DNA of 64,000 nt, taken from contig NC_083442.1 of the NCBI RefSeq assembly GCF_020745735.1, positions 29,861,562 through 29,925,561 of the forward strand, read 5' to 3'. Shown piece after piece: positions 1 to 12,094 of the stretch. The notes under the pieces are model-generated. The model did no database searches. It saw nothing but the letters and a program-made list of their open reading frames with translations, and was not told the DNA's origin. The stretch comes from Hemiscyllium ocellatum. Taxonomy: Eukaryota. The position numbers and the translations under genes were made by a program. Every line of letters starts with the position of its first letter. Position 1 is the stretch's first letter.

Positions 1-311
1 AGGGGAGTTCAGAAGAGCCGAGGTAGGCGATGCCGGCTTGGATGGGCAATCCTGGCGATGGGGGAGATTTATGGAGGCTGAAAGGATTAAAGAGGTCACC
101 CAGTTTGGGAACCGAGTGATGCAATGGCTTGGGGGGATGGAATGGAATCGCTGGGGGGGGGGGGGGGGGGGGGAGTGCTGACCCGACCGAGGGAGTCAAG
201 AATATCAGACGTGCGGATGAACAACAGGCCAATGGAGGGGTTTTTTTTTGAAGCCGAGAAGATCAGGCAAAAACGGGACTAGACAAAGCAGATACAAAAC
301 TGTAATCTGAA

Positions 312-317
312 TTTATT
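312..317 (-). promoter_or_regulatory. Candidate polyadenylation signal of the GAS1-like gene (alternative AATAAA at 497-502)
   Basis: tttatt on plus = AATAAA on minus, at the end of an AT-rich 3' UTR-like stretch about 650 nt after the stop codon. Confidence 0.5.
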
Positions 318-646
318 TTTTTAAAATGTATTAGTTGTAAATCCATAAATAGTGTCCAAAAATCTCCATCGTTTATACAAAAGTTTTCGAAAAGTTGCAA
401 ATCGAAATATCGAGCGGCTCAAGTGTTCGCCATCTATTGTGTTAAAGTTCAACTGAACTATCGAAAAGAAACATTTGTACACGCCTTTCCTTCTGTTTTA
501 TTAATTTTAAATCGAGTCAGGTCCCAAGGAAGTTTCGATGAGTAACTTTAAAATACCCCGCTTTATATGTGTGAAATTTTTCCAAAAAAATTTAAATCTT
601 TGTAAAACTCGATTTGCGGAGGTGGAGGAAGAGCGTATATAACCCA

Positions 647-804
647 GTTAAAAATCACACAACACCAGGTTATAGTCCAACAGGTTTAATTGGAAACACT
701 AGCTTTCGGAACTTCCAATCAAACCTGTTGGACTATGACCTGGTGTTGTGTGATTTTTTTAAACTTTGTACACCCTAGTCCAACTCCGGCATCTCCAAAC
801 CGTG
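647..804. mobile_element. Family B Penelope-terminus fold-back element (centre deleted) in the GAS1 3' UTR
   Basis: Inverted arms aaaaatcacacaacaccaggttatagtccaacaggttt / aaacctgttggactatgacctggtgttgtgtgatttt; TSD tataaccca at 638-646 and 805-813; same family as 6534-6754 and 16615-16842. Confidence 0.8.
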
Positions 805-966
805 TATAACCCAAGTTAATTTGATCCGCACATGATGTGCCCAACTTGAGTCAAGTGTTTTGTAAACACTAGAGGCGCACAGTGCCTGATACACGCGGAG
901 TTTACAAATAATTAAAAACTTGAACAAAAAAAACACAAACCTGCAAATAACTGTTTGCACAAAGTA

Positions 967-1761
967 TTAGAGAAACCACAAGTTCAGGAGGAGGAGGAGG
1001 AGAGCACACCACGTGTGTGTCTCCAGTCCTGAGGAGTCATTCAGTGGCGAGTCCTTTCCGTCTATAGTTTCTGGCCTTAAATCAGTTTTGTTCATTTCAT
1101 AATCGTCGTATTCATAGTTCTCTTCCGAGTCCGGGGTGGCCGTAGACAGCGAGGGGCCTTCGATGGAGCAGAACTTGTCCATGTTCTCTTTCACCACCTC
1201 GCAGAAGGGTCTCTCCACGCCATCGCAGACGCATGTGTTCAGCAAGATCCCACTGGGAATGGACAGCAAGTGCTGGATGGTGCTCTTGCAGACGGCGGTG
1301 CAGCGCTTGCCGTTGAAGAGCTGCCCGCAGCTGGACAGGTACTCCTTCATGGCACCGTGGCACACCGACTCCTTCTCGCAGCGCTGACGGGCGGCCGTGC
1401 ACCCGAGGTCGGCCGCGTCCGGCGACTGGCCCCGGTACCGCCTGGGCATGCACGGCTCGATGGCCCGCTTGGCCCGCCTGCACTGCACATCCTGGTCGCA
1501 GTCGCAGTTCTCCAGGTCGGGGCCGTTCTGGGTCTGATTGAGTTTGACCAGGGCGCCGATGCAGTGACTGGGACACTGGCGCCTCAAGCCCTTGAGGAAG
1601 GGCTCGCAAGCCGCGCTGTACTGACTGTACGCCCACTTACACTCTTTCTCCTCCTGACAACGGAGCACCGCTTGCCAGCACACCGACTCGGCCCCGCTCA
1701 CCGAGCTCAGGCAAGCCAAGATCGCCAGAGAGTACCAACTGACCCTGGCGGCCTCGAGCAT
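967..1761 (-). CDS. GAS1: GAS1-family (growth arrest-specific 1-like) GPI-anchored Hedgehog co-receptor, single exon, 264 aa; probably a paralogue of mammalian GAS1
   Basis: N-terminal signal peptide. Two Cys-rich GDNF-receptor/GAS1 domains with family motifs (CWQAVLRC...CPSHCIGAL..LN.T..GP.LENCDC...KRAIEPC; GC..AR.RC...CG.LFNG.RCT..C...LLN.CVCDG.ERP.CE.VKENM). Acidic linker and hydrophobic C-terminal GPI signal (WCALLLLLLNLWFL). Intronless and CpG-rich, like vertebrate GAS1. Confidence 0.93.
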   Translation of the reverse strand: MLEAARVSWYSLAILACLSSVSGAESVCWQAVLRCQEEKECKWAYSQYSAACEPFLKGLRRQCPSHCIGALVKLNQTQNGPDLENCDCDQDVQCRRAKRAIEPCMPRRYRGQSPDAADLGCTAARQRCEKESVCHGAMKEYLSSCGQLFNGKRCTAVCKSTIQHLLSIPSGILLNTCVCDGVERPFCEVVKENMDKFCSIEGPSLSTATPDSEENYEYDDYEMNKTDLRPETIDGKDSPLNDSSGLETHTWCALLLLLLNLWFL

Positions 1762-2290
1762 TCTTCAACACCATCCGTAACTCCCTGGCTCAAAGCGACC
1801 GGATCGGTTGCATCCTGAAGCCGGCTCCCCGCTCTGCTTTTTCCCAAAGCCCCCTCTCAGTTGCATAACAGCGGGTGTTAGTGATCTCCCACCCACTTCC
1901 TCCACTCTCCCAGACAAATTTACACTCACCACCGCTTTCCCACAACAAGAAAGTCAAAAATCTACTCGAGGAACCAAACAAGAAAACTTCATCCAGCCTT
2001 GTCTCCGAGGAGAATACTGAAAACCGGCAGGAGAACTGAAGTTACAATCCACCCTCCCTCCCCTTTGTCCTGGAATCCTCGCAATTGTAACTCACAGAAA
2101 TTTGCCGCGGGTTTTTTTTTAACGCCAGATGCAAATTGTCAAAGTACTCTCTTTCTCACAGACTCCCCTTCTCTCTCCCTCTCTGTAAACTATAGCTGCT
2201 CTCCAGTGTTCCACATCACGCCTGATTTAGCAAGCTCAAACTCTTGTCCAACTTTCCCCTCCCTCTCTCCCCAAACCGAGGGATGGAGGG

Positions 2291-2318
2291 GGAGAGAAAG
2301 ACAGAGAGAGAGAGAGAG
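2291..2318 (+). repeat. (GA)n microsatellite in the GAS1 5' region
   Basis: ggagagaaagacagagagagagagagag. Confidence 0.8.
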
Positions 2319-4239
2319 AAATCTTATTTTTTTTCCCAAACTCAATTGGTCGATTTTAACAGCATAGCGCAGCCTGGAATTCGTCTCCATAGCGACATAT
2401 CTTTTTTCACTCTGGCAAAACAGCACGTCACACTCTGGAGCATGTTTATATAAATGTATATATATATATTTTTTAAAAAAACAACTTGTGTGGTCTTACT
2501 TTTTTGTGTGTGTTAAAAAGTAGCTAGCCAGCAGGGGGAGCAAGGACAGCATGTGAATGTGCGGTTTCCACTTAAATCTGAAATCTAATGTCACTTGACT
2601 TTGCAAAACTGCATGTAGGAAACTCAAACTTTTGAGGGGCGGGGTTGGTAAAACAAAATACACAGAAGCTGCCTGGGTGCATTTCAGCAAGAGATCTAGG
2701 CCAGCCTCTATCTCCAACCCAACCCCCTTTCAGCCAGGGCGGTGAATAGCATTTTCTGAACCGTTTGCTTCACTTTATGAGTTTGCTTCAGTTTATGCAT
2801 GCAAAACCCTCTCATACCGGGACACCAGAGGGAATTGTTTCCGCCCTGCAACCCATGAATAGAGGCCCTTCCCCCCCCCTCTCTCTCCCTCCATGGTCAG
2901 TGAGTGTTTTCCAGGCGGTGGGAGTGTGTGTCTGGGGGAAGGGTTCCCCTTTTTAAGACTCTCCCATTCAACCTCACTTGATAAGCTCACCACACACACA
3001 CCCCTCGCCGCAAATGGCGAGCAGCCCCCAGTTTGATTCTTTTCTCTCCAACAACCTCTCCCCCCCACCCCCCAACTCACCCATTGAGATGTAAAGCGGC
3101 GAATTCAGGAGTAAATCGGCGGACACCATGACCGCGTTTGACAGTCCGGGATAAGAAAGGGGGTGGGAGATTCAATCTGAAGGCAGAGAAAGTAAAAGAC
3201 TCGAGTTTTGTTTCCTGAAAGAGGCTTCTCCTCCCCCACCCCCATGGTCTGGCAGGCGTCTCAAATCCTGTTCTGAGTACATCAACACTAACTTATGTTG
3301 GAGTTACAGAGCTGTACCGCACAGAAACGACGCCCTTCAGTCCAACTCGACCAGATGTCCTAAATTAATTTAGTCCTGTTTGCAACCATTTGACCCATAT
3401 TCCTCTAAACCCTTCCTATTCATATACCCAGCCAGGTGCCTTTTAAATGTTGTGATTGGTGAACGAAACAGGTTTTACAACACTCTAAGATGTGGGAGCA
3501 GTAGTAGACCATACGGCCCATCAAGCCCACCCCAGCATTCATTGAGATTGCTACTGATCTGATAATCCTCAACTCCACTTTCCTGCCTTATTTCAGTAGC
3601 CCTTGATACCCTTAATGATTACAAATCTATCTCAGTCTTGAGTAGACTTAATGACCCATCCTCGAAAGCCCTCTGATTCACTACCTCTGTAAGAAAAAAT
3701 ATCCTTGTCATCTCTGACACTTACTCTGAGATTATGCCTTCTGGATGTGATACTGATTTTGTATTTCAAATGTATTTCATTAACATTTATCTAATTGCTG
3801 AGGTAGGATTTGAGTTTACATTTACAGAACATTTTTCTGGGCGTATGGATTGCTGGCCTAGTATCATTATCACTAAATGTAACCATTTCACAGTCACCAC
3901 TCCTGGCTTATTATTCCAAATATGTTTAATTACTCGAATTTATTTCCCCCAGCTGCCGTGGTGGGTTTTGAACTCTTGTCTCTGAATCATTTATTAAGAT
4001 ATCTAGGTTACTAGTCCAGTAACATAACCACGATAGGGTTGTACGCCTGAAGTCCATGCAAGACATACATTGTAACAGTGAACAGCAGCTGATTAAATGT
4101 ATTTCACCGTGAATGGTTCTATTTCATAGACTTTTTGCCTCTGGAGAAATACACCATTTGGGTTCAAGATAATTTGATGAACAAGACTAATATTCTGAAG
4201 ATAAACATTGAATCCCACAATTGCAACTGGGGAAAACAA

Positions 4240-5100
4240 AATTTAGACTGAGTACAGTGTGCTTGACAAAGGATGTACTGGCACTGGAGGGGATGCAGAG
4301 GAGGTTCACTGGGTTGACTCTGGAATTGAGAGGTTGACTTATGAGGAAAGATTGAGAAGACTAGGACAATAATCATTGGAATTTAGAAGAATGAGGGGCG
4401 ATCTTATAGAAACATATAAAGTTATATTAGATTCCCTACAGTGTGGAAACAGGCCCTTCGGCCCAACCAGTCCACATCAACCCTCCGAAGAGTAACCCAC
4501 CCAGACCCATTTCCCCCTGACTAATGCACCTAACACTATGGGCAATTTAGCATGGCCAATTCACCTGACCTGCACATCTTTGGAGTGTGGGAGGAAACCG
4601 GACCACCCAGAGGAAACCCATGCAGACACGGAGAGAATGCGCAAACTCCACACAGACAGTTGCCCGAGGCTGGAATCAAACCTGGGTGCTGTGAGGCAGC
4701 AGTGCTAACCACTGAGCCACCATGCCACCCTAATAGATGGTAATAGATAAGATATAAGCAGCGAGGTTATTTCCACTGTTAGGTGAAACTAGAACCAGGC
4801 GGCATAATCCCAAATTAAGGGAGAGCAGATTTAGGATTGACTTGAGAAGGAACTTCTTCACCCAAAGGGTGGTGAATCTATGGAATTCCCTGCCCAGTGA
4901 AGCAGCTGAGGCTTCCTCATTGAATGTTTTCAAGGCAAAGATAGATAGATTTTTGAACAGTAAAGGAATTAAGGGTTATGGTGAGCGGGTGGGTAAGTGG
5001 AGCTGAGTCCACGAAAAGATCAGCCATGATCTTATTGAATGGCGGACTAGGCTCGATGGGCCAAATGGCCTGCTCCTGCTCCTATTTCTCATGTTCTTAA
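4240..5100 (+). mobile_element. CR1-type LINE 3' fragment interrupted by an HE1 SINE
   Basis: Degenerate ORF2 C-terminus (agaagaatgaggggcgatcttatagaaacatataaa ... ttcttcacccaaagggtggtgaatctatggaattccctgcc) and 3' UTR. Confidence 0.8.
4426..4730 (-). mobile_element. HE1-type tRNA-derived SINE
   Basis: Diagnostic blocks gggcaatttagcatggccaattcacctgacctgcacatctttgg and gctgtgaggcagcagtgctaaccactgagccacc; other copies at 21011, 31270, 37180, 55570 and 60127. Confidence 0.85.
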
Positions 5101-5280
5101 CTGGAAGCAAAACAAATTAAAAGTGTCTCAGTTGCCTGTGATTTTTATTTATCAAGTTCATGTAAATAATTTCTAAACTATTTACAAAAATACGTCCTAA
5201 ATTATTTGTGGAATTTTCAAGTGATTAATCTTCAGTATAAACAAACTACAGTTCATGTCCCTCGGATTTGCTTTTCCCTC

Positions 5281-5505
5281 CACAGAGCTCCCCTACGCAT
5301 CCCTGATTCTCAGCTCCACAGTCTCCCTATCCTGGCACACCAGTAATCACTGCACAGTTTCTTTACCCTGTTACATTGAAACTCATTGCGCAGTCTCCCT
5401 AACCTGATAAACTGGAAATCACTGCACAGTTTCTTTATCTGGACAACCTCAAACCTATTGCGCAATCTCCCCATCCTAAATCACTGGAACTGACTGCACA
5501 GTCTC
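5281..5505 (+). repeat. Degenerate 36-bp minisatellite, about 6.3 units, with a 72-bp higher-order alternation
   Basis: cacag/cgcag/cgcaa anchors at 5281, 5317, 5353, 5389, 5425, 5461 and 5497 (exact 36-nt spacing); alternating gtctccct and gtttcttt unit types. Confidence 0.8.
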
Positions 5506-6533
5506 ACACAGACTCCATCATGCACCACATGCTGTTTTAAAATTAGAAGCTTGAACTTCACAAAGGAAGCCAGCTAATGATAAAGAATTTCACAATTTCA
5601 CTAACCTCTGAGAGACGAAACTGATCCTTGGCCTCAAGGTTGCTGTTGCTGGAATTCCTTTGTTAGGTTCCTTCCTGTGCTACCTCTTGCTGATGAGTGT
5701 TCTCGAAGAATTGTGTCTCTTCACACAGGAGGTTCCTCCAAGTTAGTTTCTCCTGAGTGAAGGTCTCAGATGTTGACGTCCATGTTGCACTTCTTGAGGG
5801 AAACATTCAGGAAGTCTTTTAAGTGCTTCCTTTCATCCACCCTCAAGGGGGAACAACCTCTAGGTATTTACCCTGTCAATGAGATTACCTCTCATTGTCG
5901 TAATCCCCATTGATTACAAGCCTAACATACTCAACCTACCCTCAGTGATTGGGATCAACCAAGTGAACATTCTCTGGACTGCTTCCAATGCTAGTACAAT
6001 ATATCTTTCCTTTTCTTCGGATCAACTCTCTCCATAGATGATGCCAGACCGGCTGAATTTCTCCAGGAATTTGTTTTTGTTTTTTCCTTATTATTATTCG
6101 CTTTAAAAGAAAGGCCAACACTCCACATGCCTTTCCTGTTACTTGCTGAACATTGAAAAGTAATTACTTTTGGTAATGGCATGCAGTTACTTAGAAATCA
6201 CAGCACTGTAACCAGGTAATCTAGCCCAACTGGTTTATCTCCCCGAAATAAGTGGTCGGCTAGTTTTGAATTAGATGCAAGAATTGGATGAGGCCTTCAG
6301 GTAACAATATTTATGAAACAATATAAATAAATGTTATAATTACATTTTATATTATTGTGCAAAATCTATATATAAAATATAATATTGCATGGTAATAATA
6401 AAGAAATGTTATTGTCATTCTTGGCTTGGCAGACTGAAAGTTAAAGAAAATACCTTGTAGGAAAATATTAGGAAGTGTTTCTGTGAAACCATCTTCACCT
6501 TCCTAAAAAATTTAACTGAACTACAATTATGTA

Positions 6534-6754
6534 GTTAATGCTCGAAACGTCGAATTCTCTATTCCTGAGATGCTGCCTGGCCTGCTGTGCTTTGACCAGC
6601 AACACATTTGCAGCAAAAATCACACAACGCCAGGTTATAGTCCAATAGGTTTATTTGGAAGCACTAGCTTTCAGAGAGCAGCGCTTCTATAACCTGGTGT
6701 TGTGTGATTTTTAACTTTGTACACCCCAGTCCAACACTGCGGTCTCTAAATCAT
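6534..6754. mobile_element. Family B fold-back element with a nested family A' fragment (about 6539-6614)
   Basis: 15-bp TSD aactacaattatgta at 6519-6533 and 6755-6769; inverted arms; the nested piece starts ctcgaaacgtcgaatt (3' half of the hammerhead core). Confidence 0.8.
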
Positions 6755-8329
6755 AACTACAATTATGTAATAGGTTTGAATGACTATTAATTGACTTGCA
6801 CAGCAACTCACAGAGATTTGCATTGAGCCAGAATATATTAGTATTGAGTATAATACATTTGTATATCAGACAATCAAATATGAGAGACTTTGGATGTAAG
6901 AAATTTCCAAATAATGTAAGGGACAGAAAATGGATCCACTTGTATTTTTTTCCATAATGAGATAGATAAGATTAATGGATACAATAGATAGCCTGACAGA
7001 CAAATAGATAGACAGGCTTTTTCTATACCCATTCATGATTCTATTACTGATGATCCCGTAGAAACAAGTTTAACTAAAATTATCTCCTGTAGATTGCAAA
7101 TTTATACACACCACCCTAGACCCTAAGGGAACTTGACAGAGTGAATGCTGGAAGGATGTATTCCCTTATTGGAGAGACAAGGATGTGGGGACACAGATTA
7201 AACTTACAGGGTCACCCATTTATGATGAAGATGAGGAGAACATCTCTCAACAGGTTGTGGATCTATGGAAAACTCTTCTGCAGAGGGCACTGGAACTGGG
7301 TCATCAAATATTTTTCAGGAAGATTCTTGACTAACACATGAGTCAATGGGTAGCAGGGGACAGGTAGGAAGGTGGAGCTGAGTCTGGATTCACATCAACT
7401 GTATTCATTTTGTGTGGTGGAGCAAGAACTAAATGGCCTTAGCATGCTCCTAATTGTAAGTGATCACCTGGGAGAGACAAAACGCTAGTTAAAAAATTCA
7501 GGACAAATTGGGTTGGGGTTGTAGTTGGGGGTAAAACAAAATCTGTGAGATCCCTTAGGCAATACAAACTGTTACAGGAAATTGCTGAATGTGACCTGGA
7601 TATGTCTATTGCCAAGAAACCTGATCTAAAGTCACTAAAGAGATAGATATGTCCAAATAAAAGTTTGGAGAGTCAAAGGAACAATGCAGCCTCTTGAGTC
7701 TGCTTAGCCACTCAGTTCAACCGTGACTGACTTACCAGCCTGTAAAATACATGAGGGATAGCGCAGTGTGCAGTAATAATGGTTGACTAAGTGCTTAATG
7801 CAATATGAAATGTAATTTTTAATTTGCATATTAACAGTTACCATTCTGAGAGATGTGACTGTAATTAGGTCTATTTAAATGTATTATGAATGGAAATCAT
7901 ATACAAGAACAATTTTCTCAACAGGAACAGCATGGCTGATTTTTTGTAATTAGTTCTCCAGGGTTTGTTTTAATAGCTACTTCCTGCAGATTGATGAGCA
8001 GAAGTATCAGGCATTAAGTAATTGTATCTGAACTTTTAGTGAAGAGTCATTGTGTTGTCAAGGTTATCTATAATTTCACTGTCCATTGTTGCTGTTCCCT
8101 TGTAATTTTTCATATCACTTTCCTCTTGTGATGTATTTTAGGGTTCAGCTCTGTCCACTTTGTCCTAACGTAAGTGACCATCCAATTCTCTGGGCTTGGA
8201 GACCTCTTATCCATAGATGAGAGGGTCCTCCAGCAGTGCAGTGCTCCCGCAACACTGGATGGTCCAATCAAACCAAAAGGGTAGCAAAATAAACATCAGG
8301 AATCACTAGATGCAAAAATATACCTTTAG

Positions 8330-8700
8330 TGATCTTACAGAGGTTTATAAAATCATGATGGGCATAGGTAAGGTGAAAGGTCAAGGTTCCCAAGGGTAGG
8401 GGAGTCCAAAACTAGAAGGCATCAGTTTAAGGCGAGAGGGGAAAGATTTAAAAGGGACTTGCAAGGCAATGCTTTTATGCTGGGGATGGTGTGTATGTGG
8501 AATGAGCTGTCAGAAGAAGTGGTAGAAGCAAGTACAATTACAACATTTAAAAAACATTTGGACAAGTACATTGATAGGAAAGGTTTAGATGGATATGAAC
8601 CAAAAGCAGAGAAATTAGACAAGTTCAGTTTGGGAAAATTGGTCAGTATGGACAAGTTGGGCCAAAGGGTCTGTTTCTGTGCCTTGTGACTTCGTGATTC
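8330..8700 (+). mobile_element. HER1/CR1 LINE 3' end fragment
   Basis: ORF 8459-8689 (WNELSEEVVEASTITTFKKHLDKYI) is the CR1 ORF2 C-terminus, followed by the 3' UTR. Confidence 0.85.
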
Positions 8701-11128
8701 TAAGTTCTATGGAATTGGAGTCAAGCAGACCATATTTCTGACAGCAGGGTGAGATTGTGTCCTACAGGGGTGGGGCTGTCAGCATTTACTGAAGTCTCAC
8801 CAGGGGTATTACAGATAGACTGATCCTGTGCTTGCTGAGCTATCCAAACAATGCAATACCTTGCATGGGATGACAATCAGGACTTAGATATCTGTCCACT
8901 CTCAAAACCAAAGTGCCAGTGCAGCTAACAACAGCTAACAAAGTATTGATTGACATTGAATCTGAGACATATGGCAATATTGAATGGTTATTTATTCTGG
9001 TTATGTTTTGGTATTATTTTGCCTTTTCCAATATTGGTGCAGCAAGATTGTGAACTGAATGGGACCATTATGTAATTTATTATCATTCACATAAATCAAT
9101 AAAAAATTCCAATCAGCAGAAAAGACCAAATCTAACAAACCTGCTGAGTGAAGTGTGTTTTGTTTAGAATAAATGGTTAAAAATACAAAGAAATGATTCT
9201 GCCTGTCAGTCCTTGCCTTGTCTAAAACTCCTTCCGTGACCTCAGTCCCTATGACCTTGGTGATCTCCTCTGGTCTTATGGGGAAGACAGTGGTGTAGTG
9301 GTCATGTCACTAGACTAGCAAACCAGAGAATAATGTTCTACTAACCGGAGCTTAAAACCAACTGGTGGAACTCAATGGCACCAAACAAATCTGTAATACA
9401 AACCTGGTCATCATAGAATGTGCATTTCTCTTACATAGTGTCCCAGTCATTCCTAAACTGTGACTTATATGACTTGAAAATTAATGTAACCCGTAGACAA
9501 CAACAAAACAGCAATAAAGCAGCTTCTGTAAAATTCAGCTTCTAATTGTTAACGTTTGCAGATGTTAGCCGAAATTTGTAATATATCACGAGAAAATGAA
9601 GATCAGTGGAAGGAATCTCAGGCTTCCAATGAATGGGCGATCGCGAAATCTGCAATCATTGTTGCATTTGATAATCCTCTGCAGATTCAGATACATCACA
9701 ATCACAACACACCTTACAGCCACCACAGCCAAACTATCAAACAATCAGAATTCATCTTGTGATTTAAAAACCGAAAGATCTGCAGATGCTGTAAACCAGA
9801 AACAAAAGTAGAAACATTAACTCTGATTTCTCTTCACAGATGCTGCCAGGCTTGCTGAGCTTTTCCAACAATTTCTGTTTTGGTCATCTTGTGATTTGTT
9901 GCTCCTCACTGTCCAGACCATACGAGGAGTGCCGGCAAATTCATGTGATTTTTATTTTTCCTAAACCCCGTTCATTCTGTCTGCAACACTCAGTTTTTCA
10001 GGGAGTTCCTCAGCGTAGTCACATTGTGGTACCAAATGTCAGGGCGATTGATCTCATTGAATGGCAAAACAGATTCAATGGACTGAACAGCCTAATTCTG
10101 ATCCTGTGGCTTGTGGTGATATTGATGGCCAAAAATATAATGGGCTTTTGATGATGGGGTGAAAAATAACAAATTAGAGACGTACAGAACACAGTGAGAT
10201 GGACCAAGAGGGAAATCAGGAGGGCAAAAAAGGGGACATGAGATAGCTTTGGCAAATGGGGTTAAGGAGAATCCAAAGGGTTTTTGCAAATACGTCTTGA
10301 AACGGTTAAAGGTGGATAAATTCACTGGACCTGATCAGGTGTATCCTAGAACTCTGTATGAAGCTAAGGAAATGTGCCCTTTGCTGAGATATTTGTATCA
10401 TCGATAGTCACAGGTGAGGTGCCGGAAGACTGGAGGTTGGCTAACGTGGTGCCACTGTTTAAGAAGGGTGGTAAGGACAAGCCAGGAAACTATAAACTAG
10501 TAAGCCTGACCTCGGTGGTGGGCAAGTTGTTGGAGGGAATACTGACGGACAGGATGTACATGTATTTGGAAAGTAAAGGACTGATTAGGGATTGTCAACA
10601 TGGCTTTGTGCATGGGAAATCATGTATCACAAACTTGATTGAGTTTTTGAGGAAGTAACAAAGAGGATTGATGAGGGCAGAGCGGTAGATGTGATCTACA
10701 TGGACTTCAGTAAGGCATTCCACAAGGTTCCCCACGGGAGATTGATTTGCAAGGTTAGATCTCACGGAATACAGGGAGAACCAGCTATTTGGATACAGAG
10801 CTGGCTCAAAGGTAGAAGATAGAGGATTGTTTTTTAGACTGGAGGTCTGTGATCAGTGGAGTGCCACAAGGATCAGTGCTGGATACTCTACTTTTTGTCA
10901 TTTACATAAATGATTTGGATGCAAGCATAAGAGGTACAGTTAGTAAGTTTGCAGATGACACCAAAATTGGAGGTGTAGTGGACAGCGAAGAGAGTTACCT
11001 CAGATTACAACAGGATCTTGACCAGATGGGCTAATGGGCTGAGAAATGGCAGATGGAGTTTAATTCAGATAAATGCGAGGTGCTGCATTTTGGGAAAGCA
11101 AATCTTAGCAGGACTTATACACTTAATG

Positions 11129-11288
11129 CTGGATTAGTGGTGCTGGAAAAGCACAACAGTTCAGGCAGCATCTGAGGAGCAGGAAAATCAATGTTTCGGG
11201 CAAAAGCCCTTCATCAGGAAACATTCTGATGAACCAGCACCACTAATCCAGAATCTGATTTCCAGCATCTGCAGTCATTGTTTTTACT
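11129..11288. mobile_element. Family A Penelope-terminus fold-back element carrying a hammerhead core, inserted in CR1 ORF2
   Basis: 14-bp TSD ttatacacttaatg (11115-11128 and 11289-11302); minus-strand CUGAUGAAGGGCUUUUGCCCGAAACAUU. Confidence 0.85.
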
Positions 11289-12094
11289 TTATACACTTAA
11301 TGGTAAGGTCCTCGGGAGTGTTGCTGAACAAAGAGACCTTGGAGTGCAGGCTCATAGCTCCTTGAAAGTGGAGTCGCAGGTAGATAGGATAGTGAAGAAG
11401 GCATTTGGTATGCTTTCCTTTATTGGTCAGAGTACTGAGTACAGGAGTTGGGAGGTCATGTTGCGGCTGTACAGGACATTGGTTAGGCCACAGTTGGAAT
11501 ATTGCGTGCAATTCTGGTCTCCTTCCTATTGGAAAGATGTTGTAAAACTTGAAATGGTTCAGAAAAGATTGACAAGGATGTTGCGAGAGTTGGAGGATTT
11601 GAGCTATAGGGAGAGGCTGAACAGGCTGGGGCCGTTTTCCCTGGAGCATCAGAGGCTGAGGGATGACCTTATAACGGTTTACAAAATTATGAGGGGCATG
11701 GATAGGGTAAATAGACGAAGTCTTTTCCCTGGGTTGGGGGATTGCAGAATTAGAGGGCATAGGTTTCGGGAAAAGATATAAAAGAGAAAAGGTATAAAAA
11801 AAGGGCACCTTTTTCACACAGAGAGTGGTACGTATATGGAATGAGCTGCCAAAGGAAGTGGTGGAGGCTGGTACAATTGCAACATTTAAGAGACATTTGG
11901 ATGGGTATATGAATAGAAAGGGTTTGGAGGAATATGGGACAGGTGCTGGCAGGTGGGACTAGATTATGTTGGGATATCTGGTCAGCATGGACGGGTTGGA
12001 CCAAAGGGTCTGTTTCCATGCTATACATCTCTATGACTCGAAACACATTAAGGACAAAAGGGTAACTAGGGAGAGAACAGGCCCCCTCAAAGAT

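Noticed and set aside
1112-1818. Overlapping ORFs 1112-1636(-), 1136-1387(+) and 1270-1818(+)
   Set aside because: Shadow frames of the GC-rich GAS1 CDS with no recognisable domains.
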